DNA of 63,965 nucleotides, the filler included, from Blastocystis sp. subtype 4 (lineage: Eukaryota), in assembly GCF_000743755.1 (NCBI RefSeq). It is 4 parts of 4 records of this genome, joined end to end, with 100 filler letters (N's around TTAATTAATTAA, not from the genome) between each part and the next. Parts side by side here need not be neighbours in the genome. Positions count along the whole stretch, not along the records: positions 17,500 to 36,950 come from NW_014569318.1; positions 37,051 to 54,282 come from NW_014569317.1; 2 more parts are not named here. One strand, written 5' to 3'. A program made the translations under genes and the position numbers. A model generated the notes under the pieces. That model was not told where the DNA came from. It worked only from the letters and a program-made list of their open reading frames with translations, and ran no database searches. Shown in pieces: positions 25,501 to 40,286 of this stretch. Position 1 is the first letter of the stretch; each line of letters starts with the position of its first letter.

Positions 25501-28500
25501 CAGAGTGTGTTACTAGTGAATCGAACTCTAGATAAGGACTTTATGAGATACATTGCCAATGTCTGTGGACTCACGTTACCGGATGCTCTCCCATCTTCAC
25601 TGAGTGGTAAGAATGTGAAGTCAAAGCTGCATTCTTCAGTTGCTTCTGAAGAGAGTTTGGCTGGAAGTTTCGGCTCCAACGTGCTGAAAATCAGTGAGAT
25701 TTCGGTTGGAATCCGGTATCGATACACTATCCCTCGGATTCGAGAAAGCCAATCACAGCCTCTCTCGTTGACTCCACTGGAATTCCGTGTTGGTTTGCTT
25801 TCCATGTCGAGCAAGAGTTCAGTGATTGATGGAGGATTGTTGTTGAGTTGGCCTGGAGGAACAGAAGCTGCTCCTAGTAAGAGTGAGAAGTTTAATGTAG
25901 TAATTGAGAATGTGAAGTGTGTAACGAGCAATGAGATGGTACTTCGTGTGTTGCAGGAGAGTGTTCGAACAGTTCGAGATATTGAAGAAATCATGATGAA
26001 AATGCGGATGGTTCGAACATGTGATCGTTATCAGAGTTCACTGTTATTTTATACTCTCCTAGGGAAGGTAGAATTGATAAAGTGATATAAATCCTAGTTG
26101 CCTCAATTAGCTGAAGCCAGTGAAGCTGTATACAAGACTTATGTAAGAATGAATATGAGATTGATGAATGTAGAATGAGAATGGAAATGAGATGGATTTG
26201 TATCCATTCCTTGTCTCTCCAATGAGTAGGATTGGTATATTCTAGTCACTTCTAGCCTTTGGATGGCCGACTGTGATTACAGCATACTCTCTATTGATGA
26301 CGTTAAGTACTGCATTGTTACGAGAGACATCAGATTCATTACAGGAAACAGCTCGGCTTATTATGAATTCGATGAAGAGAAAGGAGTTTGAAGTGGACTA
26401 TGTTAAACTGCTTGGTTCATTATTGCCTCTTCCTGCAGATTATCAGCATCTTCTAGAATCTATAACCAGTAAAGACTCGATCTCCTTGCGATCCGTTGTA
26501 CTTCTATCTGAAATCAGTGAGAATACGATGAATGCCCAGAAACGTGAATATTTCTGTCATCATTAAATGGTAGATCAAGAAGATACATTTATTGATCTGT
26601 CTTGTCGTATGAGCAACGTGGCAATGCGATGTAATGCCAATGATAAGGAGTTTTTGTCAATTCGAAATAGCCAGTTTTCTGTGGATATGAGTCAGGTATA
26701 CAATCCATATGGAAATATGAAGGATGTGGATGTGCTAGTGAGCAATCGAGGATTCAACGGTACAGTTAAGAGATCCTACTTATTTGTAGTGGAGATGCGT
26801 CCAGGAATTGTATCATCAATTTATCAGCTTGTAGATGCTGCTATTCAGATTCAGCGTCAAGATCCTTTCCAATCATTCTTATATACCAATGATACAGAAA
26901 CACCCATGTTTTTAACATGGTGTGAAATGCGGAAATCGAAACTAATTCAGCAGTATGGTTTCTCCTACCATCGTCATCGTGTTGGTTGTTTCTGTAAACG
27001 TTTACAGAGAGAATGAGTGTATAGTGACGTTTGATTCAACACTTCTTGGGAAACTGTTCTATTCGAAGTTGATGAAACTGGATACAGAAGAAGCAAAGAA
27101 TGAGAAGCCTCGAAAGAATATTCACCAGCAACTAGAAGAGAAACCAGATGAGTTTTCGGATGATTTGGATGGTGAGAATATGAAGTGGTTTTAATCTGAA
27201 GACAGTGATCAGAGTGTAGTTTACAAGAATGACCCAGTCAATTCATCTCGTCTAAGCATTTTTGTGAGTATGAGAGCAAACCATTATTTGTAGGGAATTA
27301 ATGTGCCTTCCTATACGAATCCTGTTGGAGGACCTGGTGGAAGGAAAGAGAAACGATTTAAGATAAAGAACTGCGTGGTGTTTCAATTCTCAATTCGAGA
27401 CTCTCTCATTTCATTCTTCTCTTCCAGTCCTGAAAAGACGTATGTTATTCAATTGTCCAACAAAGCTGCAAATACAAGTTATCATTCTTCTCCTGGTGTT
27501 TTTGTCACCCTACACCAAGCCTACGATAAAAGCAAGAGTTATCAGACTCTTCTTGTTAACGTAGTGTTGATTAGGACGATAAATGGATAGATGGAACAAA
27601 GCGAGTTATTGTTGAAGGATACTATGATGAAATCTCGATCAAAAGCATTTGATTCCCCTGAGAATCAATTGAGTCTAACTCTTGGTAGTATCACTGTTTA
27701 TATTCCTATCAGTATGACTGATGTTCTCCCTCATATCAATGTCCAATCATCAACTCTCCTTCTTCCTCTCTATCTTTCCTCTTTCATCATTCTTCAGGAT
27801 CTTATTCTCGAGTATGCTAATCAGATCGTTCAAGTCATTCTTCAATTCAAGAGTCACAAGCAAACAGTCCCATCGCATCAGGCACATACTCGATCCAATT
27901 CTTCTCTCAGTTATGTGATGGGTGGATCTTCTTCGATTATGGGCCTCACTACTCCACGAAATAGTGATCGATCTCGTGTCAATCAGCGTCAGACATTCCT
28001 TCAGAAAGGAGCAAGTCGTGTAAAGAAGATGGCTTCATCTGTTAAGAATGTTGGAACCTCGACATTGAAGAAGAAGGTCACAATTGAACCAGAGAAGAGG
28101 CGTAATTGGATGCTCACATTGAATATTGAAGAATTGATGCTTCATATTCAGGTTTCAAAGGTTCTTTTCCTCACTTATTCACTTCATAATCTCATCACCT
28201 ATTATTCAGACTCAACTCTTCTCATTTCTCTTCTTCAGCATGGAATTGAGTTTGTACGAACAGATGCACCTTATTCAGATCGTTTCTTCACATGTCCATC
28301 TCTTCCTGAAGTGATTGTAGCAATTGACAAGCCATCAAAATCCATGCCTCAACGTCTTCCACGGCGTGAACACAAGCCTTCGGTGTCAACAGTCGCTTCA
28401 AGCAGTGTTGTTCGTCTGGCTCCTGCAGGTACGGATGGTGAGGATACTGCACAGGGCAAGAAGTCTGTTGCCGGGTCACTATTCAACAGTAATGGAGGTC

Positions 28501-31500
28501 TTTCTATCGAGAAGGAACAGGATATGAGTGTTGAAGTCCTTGTAGATACTCTGAAGATTATGCTAACTACCAAACAAGTGAATCAGTTCAATGCCTTAAT
28601 TGTAAGCTAATCTAATAGAATGAGAAGTAGGCTGATATCAGTCTTCAGTGGAATCAGCTTAAGGATACCGAACACTACAAGCGTTGGGCTGTTTTGTGTG
28701 ATCAGATCAATCTTTTGCAGTATCCAGCAGACTCACAAACTGTCTCATCGATTCCACGATGTCCTTCAGAAACTTCACTCCAACTGTATACCATTCCATC
28801 CTCTCAATCCATGATTCTACCACCTGCTCTCCTTCCAGAGACACATCCAGAGGAGAAGCCAGCAGATCGTCATACAAAGAAGTGTGAAGTGAAGGTGACC
28901 CTGAAGGGTTGTGATATACAAATCCGAGCAACACTGGGTGCTGACAGCAGTATCGTAGTTGTATCATCTGAGAAGTGGCTCTGTCGAGGAATCATGAATG
29001 AATCATGGAATGTTCGCATTTAACAGAATACTCACAAATAGATGACAGTTTCTGTCACAAATCTTGGAATTCACAACTTTTTCAAGAAGGTTCAGTTCGG
29101 TCATCCTCTGGAATGTATGTGTCCTGACAGTTACTCATGTTAAGCGTATTTTCTCACCTTTGTGGTTCCACAGACTTCTCTACATATTATCACGAAGACA
29201 AATCACACTCGTCTGTCTCTTCTTGTGAGTGAACCTTCGTTAGTAGCACAGGAGGGCTTCCAGATTGCGCTGTCACAATGGCTGGACGATCTTTTGGTCA
29301 TGGAGAATGCACAGACCACGTCACAAGAACCCAAATCGGAAGGAGGTGACTTCAATCAGGAGTCAACTCGAGTGAGTGATTTCCGCGTATGAAATGAGAT
29401 TAACTGATAGTGTAGGAGCCAGTACGTGAAGAGTTTTCGAAATTGGTGATGAGTGTGTGTGTTCATCAACTGGGAATACTGCTGAGGACAAACGAACATA
29501 GTGGAATGGCTGCAGATGTGAGTCAGATCCTCATTACGATGAAGGATGAATCACGAGTATGTGAGAAATAGGCAGGATTATGAGTAGACTTGTTATTACT
29601 CATCTAATGAACATGATTGGATGAAGATCAGTAAGACGGTTCTAGTTGACTGTGACTATTATTGTCTTATGAATAGTGTATGTCAATTGATACCCCACTG
29701 TTGTCTCTCCTTCCTCTTGTATCAGATGACTTCTCTTTTAAGTATTCCAGATTGCATGAATTATGTGTCGCTGGTCCTTCACAAGCCAAGTATGAGAGTT
29801 TAATTCTCTAATGAACCGTAGTTTAACCAGTCTTTCTATTCAGTGTCTTTTTGCACGAAGTCAATCTCATTTCCTTCCTACAGATAATTCGCTTCAATGT
29901 ACAATAAATGGTTCTATTTTTGGAATGACATGATTTATAGCACTTATCAATCATCCTGAAATGGTCCTGGAAAAGTCACTTTCAATTGTTATTGGGTATT
30001 TGAATCGACTGGATCTGATACAGCAACAGAGACAAAACTCTCTATCAACAACAACCTCAATTTGTAGTGATCAACCAGTAGAATTCAACGGGTCAACGAA
30101 ACCCCCATTATTTCCACTTATTGAATTTGAGTGTGTCGTGCGTGTTCAGGATCCAGGAATCATTGTAGTGTTTGTAGACAAATTCCAACCATCTTCAAAA
30201 GCAGCTGAGGTGTCATTCCCTTCAATGAATATGGACTGTTTGTATCGTGCTGACTATGATAAGGATAATTGGCTTGTGATGAGTTTGGGTATTGAATTCT
30301 CAGCTGTATCTTTCTCTGCTTTATTCCTTGACTTCTTAAGTGCTGTGATGACAACTCATAACTCAAGTGATCAAATGGCTGTTGAGAATACTCGACCCGA
30401 TATGAAGATGGAAGAAAGGCCAACAGTTCAGACTTCTCCTTCGTTCTATGAGGAAGATGATTATGTTCCTCCTGATGGAAACAAATGTATTGAATGAATG
30501 AGAATGTAAAGATTAGTGATTGTTCATTGTACCACTCAAATTGTGTGTAATTCGATTCGTTTGCTGAGTAGCTATGATGCATTGAAAATGAGTGAAGGTG
30601 TTTTGTTAGAAATGATTCTTGATAGTATGTTCAGTAATCCTTGATTATTATAAGAACCGATTAATCTGTCCTATGGTACATATGAAGTGCAAACCGAAGA
30701 GTCTCGATTTTCCTTTGATTCGCTTCAAATTATGATAGATGTGATTCGTGTGGCTCTTAACCCCTCATCTCCATTCATTGCCCTCACTGTGACTCCCTGT
30801 GGGTTAAGTTTGTATTCAGTACTGATTTCAGTCCATTGTGACATAGATGCCATTCAAACACCGAATCCGAAGTTGGAATTTCTCTTCTCTCAATCTGAAT
30901 GTTAGTATTGAAAAGGTGATTCATTGATAGGTGGGTGATGTGATGTTGAAAGTGGTACTCAGTCAGATGGTGGTGGGGTATTCGTGGGTGAATATGTGGT
31001 ATCAACACTATAAGCAGAGTCTACAGCAGGATACTCAATCATTACATACTTCTCGTTCTCTAGAAGGATACGATGAACAGCAATATTCTATCTTGGTAGA
31101 GATTCAAGAGATCGAGACTCAAATAGATCTTACTGTAAGAATAAGACCCTAATCTCATCAGTAGAAGGCACTACCATCCATCTTCACAATCACATTACAT
31201 GCACCTCAGTTATCAATTCAATTTGATGGTATTCTTTGGGTTTTATTCTCAATTAGATCGATTCTGTGATTATCTGATGGGTATTCCTTATAGTGGGAAT
31301 AGTATTGTGGATGCGTCATTTGTGTTCCATGAATTGGATATAGCATTAAGTGATGCTCCTTCAGGAGAGAGTAGACGACATCGTTTTGAAAAGAAACGTG
31401 ATAAATACATGAATTGGTGCATAGCCATCACAGAGACAGCATGTGACCTTCAGATTGAATATCGAGAACACCATGATATGGAAACAGGAACCAATATTCT

Positions 31501-32821
31501 CCTTCCTCTTCCTAAAGTCGAAATTTCAGTAAGAGAAAAGGAGAAAGATAATGAATAGAATACTGGAATCACTACAGGGAATGAGAAGGATCCTCGTCCT
31601 GCTTTCATGCTTATCAGCAATGGATTTATGATTACCATCACAACAGTGATTTCTTAGTGTTTCAGTGACTCATAGGAGCTTCTTAATGTCGTACGACGTC
31701 GAGATCAGTATGATGTTCCAGTTCGTCATCGTCATTGTGTGGATGTGGTTGTGAAGGAAACACAAATTGTTATGGAACAGCTGACCATTGATGCAGTGAT
31801 TCGAATTGTTAGTGAAATTCGGTATTATTTGTGAGATCCATTAATTCTTAGGAATTTTGTCACTCAAGAGTTGTATCAAATTCAATGCAGCAGTAGTCCT
31901 TTCTGTATCCTGATCCCTGTAGATCTCAATCAGACTCAACGAACAAGTCTCAACCGCTCAAACCAAAGCAGTGAATCTCTTCCAATCCTTTCAAGCCGAC
32001 TTCAAGAAGAAGGATCGAAGGACGAGGTTCAGGAGGATGGTGTGTTGACAGTAGAACTCCAGTTGATCGATGCTGCGATCTACCGAGAGAGTGGCGAGGG
32101 TACGTGGTCGCAGCTGGTTGTGGAAGATATGACTCTGGACTATTTGCAAGCTCCATATGATGTGGCTTCTGTACTGAAGCGGGAACTCCTCGCACATATC
32201 AGTAGTGCTCAATTGAATCAACAAGAACGTAATCGTCAACGAAGTATGGCCAAAGTGATTGTTGGATTGCCTTCTGTGAAACTGTTGATGAATGAGAACG
32301 TGGCATTTGGAAAGAAACGTGTGATTACGATCACTGTACATCTATTGAGGATGATAATTATAACTAGCAATACCATACAGACTTTGATGATGTTATTAAG
32401 ATCTCAACGAACTATCTTGATTACATGTCACTTCTGGATACATTTAATAAGATCGTAAAGGAGATGAAAGATAGTGATGAGAGCAATAAGAAGTTCAGTG
32501 CTCTGCTCTCGTCATTGTCACTGCAGGATAATGTAGGAAAACATACGAAGAAAGAGCCTATTGAAGTGGAATTCATTTATCGTGAGCATATAGAAGAGGA
32601 ATGAGGTGTAGCTGATAGCGAGCATTTCACGCTGATGCCAAAGATTGATCCTTTAGGAAACATGACTCCATCGATTAGTCAGAAGACTTTTCCACCAATG
32701 GTAGTTCATGGGATGTGTGATGACTTGTAGTTGATGCAATATACGAATGATTATGTAATGGAAGTGTTAGGAAATATACTTGTCGGTATTGATGGAGTGT
32801 TATCATTGTTGGAACATCGAT
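19556..32821 (+). CDS. Giant bridge-like lipid transfer protein (BLTP1/KIAA1109/Csf1-like), many exons; stop probably made by poly(A)
   Basis: N-terminal TM followed by ISLQSIYFYPLNGVLRITQLKYCTKDFLIELYDLSIFFHVW (Csf1-type N-terminus), ITYGPYLNSILLNLFHYFMP (cf. family motif I.YGPWADRQR..L...FFP), beta-strand-rich repeats, and C-terminal FTLMPKIDPLG. Consecutive same-strand ORFs are linked by ~30-nt introns over 13 kb; not every junction was resolved (e.g. ~29790). Confidence 0.7.
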
Positions 32822-32925
32822 TATATGTTTGTTGTTCAATGGAGAACATTGAAGTGAATCTTTGACTTCAATCAGTCAGTCAAAGAAATGTGATAAGGAT
32901 CAAAACAAAGAGAAACAAACACATA

Positions 32926-33720
32926 TCAACATTCTTTCCGTCGTTTCGAATATGCTTCAAACACAGCTTCAGAACAAACCAATTCTCTTGAAACTCGTTT
33001 CGATTGAGAAGGAGACAAAGACTGGAAAGAGTCTGTATGAACAATCTCAGATAAAGAATTCACTAAAGATCAACTCAATAACACAATATCACATAATCCT
33101 TCTGCTTTCTTTATCAACACATTAGCTGAGTCTTCAGGAGTATAGAATGAAACCCATTCATTTTCAGTATCAATCTGAATATCAGTTAAGAACACTACAA
33201 CTACTCGAGTCTCTTCTAACTCTTTCTTCAATTCTCCAAATAGTCGAACACTTGATTCAATTGATTTGCGTAATGATGAATATTCATTTAGTTGAGGATC
33301 TGAAGTTCAAACAACACAACACTCACAAACCCTCACCTTCAATCTCAGGAAACAGTTGCATTATATTATTCTAATCATCATATAATCATATTGATATACT
33401 ATTGACACTTCTTCTGAAGGAAGTGTTTGAAACCATTGAGTAGCACAACGATCCATTTCAATAGTATATATCGATTTCATTAATTCATCCAATACATCAA
33501 GAGAGAGATTTGTTTGAACTCGTTGTGTTAACACTTCAGAAATACGTTGATTAATGATATTGAGTGTAACTGAAGTGAGTGGAATACTATGAATAAGAAT
33601 TGAATATTGAATGATTGTTTACTCTTGAAGAGAATGAAAGGAGAAAGGTTGTTGAATAGAATGAACAATCTGATTACAAATGACTCGTTCTTCATCAAAG
33701 AGAGAAGTAGACAATTGCAT
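32926..33720 (-). CDS. Hypothetical protein, multi-exon, essentially no 3' UTR
   Basis: Exons ...DPQLNEYSSLRKSIESSVRLFGELKKELEETRVVVVFLTDIQ...AEGL|LNSLSEIVHTDSF...AYSKRRKEC* joined in frame by a 30-nt GT-AG intron. The TGA ends at 32926, 5 nt from the minus-strand TGTTTGTT at 32914-32921. Start is tentative (MQLSTSLF). Confidence 0.55.
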
Positions 33721-33857
33721 GAATAAAGAATGAATAGAAATGGAGATATGGAAAGTGATGGAATTATGAGATATGTAAAGAGATAGAAGTAGATAATAGA
33801 AGAATGAAGAATGTTTCAAATATGAGAGAATTGAAGAATGAATCAAAGAAGATCCGA

Positions 33858-34723
33858 ATGAGAGAGAAAGGAAGTAATTGGAAGTGTTTGAAGAGTGTGG
33901 TTTTGAAGAGTGTAAATGGAAGTAAAAGGAAGTATATTGAATGAATAGTAATTGATGTAAGAGGTTCAAAAGGATTGTTTGAAGAAAGAAGTGTGAAAGA
34001 AAGAAAGAAGAGTAGTTTAGAAGAATTGTTGAGTGAAGGAGGTAAAGATGATATGTCAGTGACTCCTGTGATTGGTGTTGATTGTGAAATGGTTGAAGTT
34101 GTTGGAGGTGAGTCTGCTTTGGGTCGTGTATCTGTAGTAAACTATTATGGTTATGTATTTGTAATTGATTGAATGAGACTTAGGTGTTATATGATCGTTT
34201 TGTGAAACCACAAAGCAAAGTAACAGATTATCGAACGAAGTATTCTGGAATTCGTGAAAGTGATTTGAAAGGTGATAAGGTGGTAAGTCTTCGAGAAGTG
34301 AGTTTGTGAGTGTTGGTTAAGAGTAGGCTCAAAACAAAGTTGCTGAATTAATGAAGAATCGAATAGTAGTTGGTCATGGTCTTTCAAATGACTTTGGTGT
34401 TTTGTTATTGAGTCCTCCAAAGCGTTTGATTCGAGACACTGCATACTATAGTCCATTGATGTATGTGAATGGTGAAGTATTTGAATTTATGTTTGAATAA
34501 GTGAAAGGGAAAGAAGCGAAGTAACAAACTGAGTTTGTTACTAAAGAAAGAGTTTGGTGAAAGTATTCAAGAAGGTGAACATGATTCAGTGGAAGATGCT
34601 CGAGGTGCTTTGTTGTTGTATCGTAAATATCGAGTTGAGTGGGAAAAGGAAGTTATGAAGAAGAAGAGGAGATACCGAAGAAGTGTTACTGATAATGAAG
34701 ATGAATCATTATTGAAAGAATAG
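33858..34723 (+). CDS. REXO4: RNA exonuclease 4 (DEDDh)
   Basis: N-terminal GSNWKCLK, VIGVDCEMV, ALGRVSVVNYYG, VTDYRTKYSGI, IVVGHGLSNDF, IRDTA, IQEGEHDSVEDARGALLLY. Confidence 0.9.
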
Positions 34724-34782
34724 TCTCTTTGTTCTGTTTTTGGGATGACACTTTTTGGGCTCCACAATATTCATAGAATTTG

Positions 34783-34793
34783 TTTGGCGGGAA
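34783..34793 (+). promoter_or_regulatory. E2F/DP-like site TTTGGCGGGAA upstream of RPA3
   Basis: Matches the known E2F consensus, lies 33 bp before the ATG of a replication gene, and is GC-rich in AT-rich intergenic DNA. Confidence 0.55.
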
Positions 34794-34825
34794 TTCATTT
34801 TTGACGGTTTGAGAGTAACATTAGA

Positions 34826-35289
34826 ATGAACACAACTCCTGCTATTCCTGTAGGATAATTTAATCCCATGTGAGAACAGGACACTCCAATTCCGCGGATT
34901 AATGGTGATTTAGTTGCTAGATCTATTGGAAGCACTGTATCTATCGTTGGGACAGTTGAGAGTGTGATGGGAAACTCTGCAGTTCTTCATTCCTCTGTTA
35001 GTGTTGGGTCTGTGACTTAATTGATTAGGATGACAGATCTATTCGGGTGAATGCAATTAATGGATTTACGTATCCTCAAGGGTAGAGATGAGTGTAGTTC
35101 GTTATTTGTAGACGAACTCTAGAAGTGATTGGAACGGTGGAAAAAGATGGATCGATTACGATGATATATGGAACTGGATTTGATGGTTCGTATAGTTGGG
35201 ATTGATTTAGGTTGTCATAGGTAGATGCTCATGCCTACAACAAGCTTGTGGAATATATGAATGGAAAGTTTAAGGAAGAGTTGTTTTGA
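34826..35289 (+). CDS. RPA3: Replication protein A 14-kDa subunit (OB fold), 5 exons; missed by the ORF track
   Basis: Spliced DTPIPRINGDLVARSIGSTVSIVGTV...SSDDRSIRV...LEVIGTVEKDGSI...YNAHAYNKLVEYM matches the RPA3 pattern (PRVN..L..F.G..V..VG.V; VEVIG.V). Confidence 0.82.
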
Positions 35290-35329
35290 TTTGTATATTG
35301 TTCTCTTGTTTATTATATTTACTGTCTTT

Positions 35330-35813
35330 ATGGATGGAGTAAATCGTTGTTATTGTATCAAGCGATCAAAACGACGACATCCATATACCCCTTCTAAATC
35401 TATCATCAATTGTGTAATTTTGAATGAAATTTGATGATTTGAATAGAGTGAAATAGAGAAAATATTGGAATCCAAAGTGGGAAAGAGGATGCTAAGTCGT
35501 GACAGTATACTGCAAGTCCAGGTTAGAAATGTAAATTAGTGCACTACAATTAGAAACTAATTGATTGTATTCTTGAATATGCAATACTCAAGTCATGTTT
35601 GAAAGAGAAGGATTCTGATGAGATTGTTGTCGTTCAGAAAAAAGATATACAGGACTTTAGGTATCAAGTAGTAGATTTGTTGAAGCAAGGTGAACTTTGT
35701 ATGGGTAATTAACTATTCTTTATAGTAACTTGGTAGTGCATTCAGCTCCTGAGTCTCTCAATCTCTATCTTTTGAACGATGATTCCTCCATTCATCCTTT
35801 ATTACATATCTAA
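35330..35813 (+). CDS. Small putative histone-fold protein (CENP-X/MHF2-like); missed by the ORF track
   Basis: Spliced SEIEKILESKVGKRMLSRDSILQVQ|KLIDCILEYAILKSCLKEKDSDEIVVVQKKDIQDF has helix-loop-long helix-loop-helix spacing; three ~32-nt GT-AG introns. The last exon is tentative. Confidence 0.45.
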
Positions 35814-35979
35814 GATTATATATTCATTGTATTCTTTGTAATGCTCTTTGTTCAATCAACGATTGTAATAAGGCCTTTGTCCTTCTTATGGCCCCATATC
35901 GTTCCATTATTGGGTCAGGAGTCGGCAATCTATATAACGACGTCAGATCGTCAATTATTTTAATTATATCATTTCTCTC

Positions 35980-36914
35980 ATGTCTAAGCCTGTTGTTTTC
36001 GACGATTTGTGTAAGAAAGCCAAGGGTACAACCATGTATCATTCACAATCATTCGTAGATGTTCTCAATGATGATTACTTCTTGGGAACCAAAATGACCA
36101 TGAANTATGGAGATGATTTGAATAGAATATGACAGCTGAAGCTCGTGCTGTTGAAGGAAAGCCTGTAGTGAGCAAGATCTCTGGAGATTTCGTTCCTTGT
36201 GATTATTGCAGTGTGAAGAAACTGTCTATTGACAGTACTGGTGCTGTTGTTGCTGATGTTGACTTCACTAAACTGTTGAAGAAGACAACCTTTACTCTTC
36301 GGTTGTTGAAATGATGAAGAATGATATATAGAAGTATGAAGGATTTCAATGAAGTTGGGTTGAAGAAAGTTGGAGTGGGAGCGAAAGTACTTTGTGATCG
36401 TGTTGCTTTCGATTGTTCATTTGATATCGTATCTCAGCGTTACCATGCTGGAATTGTGGGAGGTTTGGTATGAGTTTGTCTTGTGTGGTTGATGTGTTAG
36501 TATGGAGATTTGTTAGGAGGAGTGAAAGTGAGTGGAAATTGTAATGGAAAGCCAACTACTGACTTTGGTTTGTGTTATCGAGTGAAGGATGTTGTGTTGA
36601 GTTGTGTTGGATATGATTTGATGAAACAAGGAGATTTGTGTGTATTCTATGAGATGAATGATAAGACTCGTTTAAGTGGAGTGTGTCATGTGAAGAGTTT
36701 TGATGAAGTTCCTGAAATGCTGTTGGGTGTTGCTCATAAGATTGGTGAGAACACGGAAGTTCGTTGTAAGGTGAGCAGTAGTGGTTGTGTGAGTGGTTGC
36801 TTCAAGAGCAGTGTGGATGATAAGATGACATTCAGTGGTTCATTGAGTGTTGATGGAAAGGATTTGAAGAGTGGAAACAACAGACTGGGTTTGGGAGTTG
36901 AGTTTCTGTTTTGA
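35980..36914 (+). CDS. VDAC: VDAC/eukaryotic porin of the mitochondrion-related organelle, Cys-rich
   Basis: MSKPVVFDDLCKKAKDVLNDDY N-terminal helix and terminal strands TFSGSLSVDGKDLKSGNNRLGLGVEF. An N at 36105 marks a local assembly problem. TGTTTGTT at 36942-36949. Confidence 0.85.
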
Positions 36915-36950
36915 GTAAGGTGTTTGTGACAAAGAAGTGATTGTTTGTTA

Positions 36951-37050
36951 NNNNNNNNNNNNNNNNNNNNNNNNNNNNNNNNNNNNNNNNNNNNTTAATT
37001 AATTAANNNNNNNNNNNNNNNNNNNNNNNNNNNNNNNNNNNNNNNNNNNN
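36951..37050. other. Artificial contig-joining spacer
   Basis: 44N + TTAATTAATTAA (36995-37006) + 44N. Confidence 0.97.
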
Positions 37051-37270
37051 AAAGTCCAGGTATTGTTCAACTGGTTCTATTCCATGACTTCAAGCAGAGA
37101 AATCTCACCTTTTCAGCAGACATCGTTGATAGACCTCAACTATTCTATTAATTCCATTCTCAAATCGATTCCCGCGATTCTCCTCTTGTCTTAGCGGTGA
37201 GTACTCAGTCCTTGTTTGTATGTTCTTTATTCATCTATAACAAACAGGCCAAACAAAATTGCATTAAACG

Positions 37271-39296
<2,026 letters not shown>

Positions 39297-39799
39297 TTCT
39301 ACATAAATGAAAATAGATTTGGAACTATTTACCTTGTTACTGTAGAAATATGAGAGAATAAAGAAAACACTGTGGAATTCTGGATAATATTTATATAGAA
39401 AGAAATACTAGAAATAGTATCCGAACTGTTTGTCGTGTGCTATACGCTGATTGATCTTCTGGAATTGTGTATCTGATGTGATACCATGTCAAAAGAGTGG
39501 AACAGATACAAATGTGATAATAGTGACTAGATACATGATGTTCAGTATCTGTGTTTTCTTTAAGGTCTTTTCGATTCCCTATTAATGTTTCGCATCAGAA
39601 CTAAATGAATCACCTGAAGAAAACGATCGTGGAACTCTTTGTACTTCTTATCCAATCAGATTTGACTGGTCCTTTGGCTCTTTAATTTGTTTTCGCTGTT
39701 TGCTTTTCTGTTTCATTTTGTACGACTCTGGTATCTGTTGGTTGGATAGTGTGACTGAGTAGATATCAACGGTTTCAACATATTTGGAATATTGTTGAA

Positions 39800-40262
39800 A
39801 TGAACACAACCCGACGATGCTCATCGTGCAAATTGTATCGTAAGATCGAACTTTTCCAGAAACCTTTATCAAATGCTCTGTTTAATACATGTGAGAATTG
39901 CCGAATAAAGAAGAAGAATAATTATCATAGTATGGATTAGACAGTCTACGTCATTCGTAGGACAAAAGTCGCGTCACCTGAAGGACTTGACTACAGAAGA
40001 TGACCATTTATCACCCGTGACAACCTCTTATAATGATTTGTCAATGATTCAAAAGGGAATTTCTATTGTGACACCTAGGAGCAATGTACTTGGAGTTTTT
40101 GCGTCCATAAAGACTACTGATGACAAGATGTCTTTTTTACCGATCCTTACATTCCCTCGTTCAACTTGGGTCCGTTCGTCTGTTCCAGTCGCTTTGCGAG
40201 ATGTTTTTGTGGCTAGAGCCTTGTTTCACTACACTCTCTGTAATCCTCACCGGTCTCTGTAG
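39800..40262 (+). CDS. Small CxxC-CxxC zinc-finger protein
   Basis: MNTTRRCSSCKLYRKIELFQKPLSNALFNTCENCRIKKK spliced through a 31-nt intron into ORF 39987-40262. It is followed by the palindromic 3' signal at 40287-40300. Confidence 0.55.
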
Positions 40263-40286
40263 GGCAATCCGGTTAGTTTGGACACT

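Noticed and set aside
19556..32821. Fragmented ORFs suggesting pseudogenes or stop-codon reassignment
   Set aside because: The stops and frameshifts I examined fall in ~30-nt introns, and long exons use the standard code with TAA, TAG and TGA all serving as real stops.
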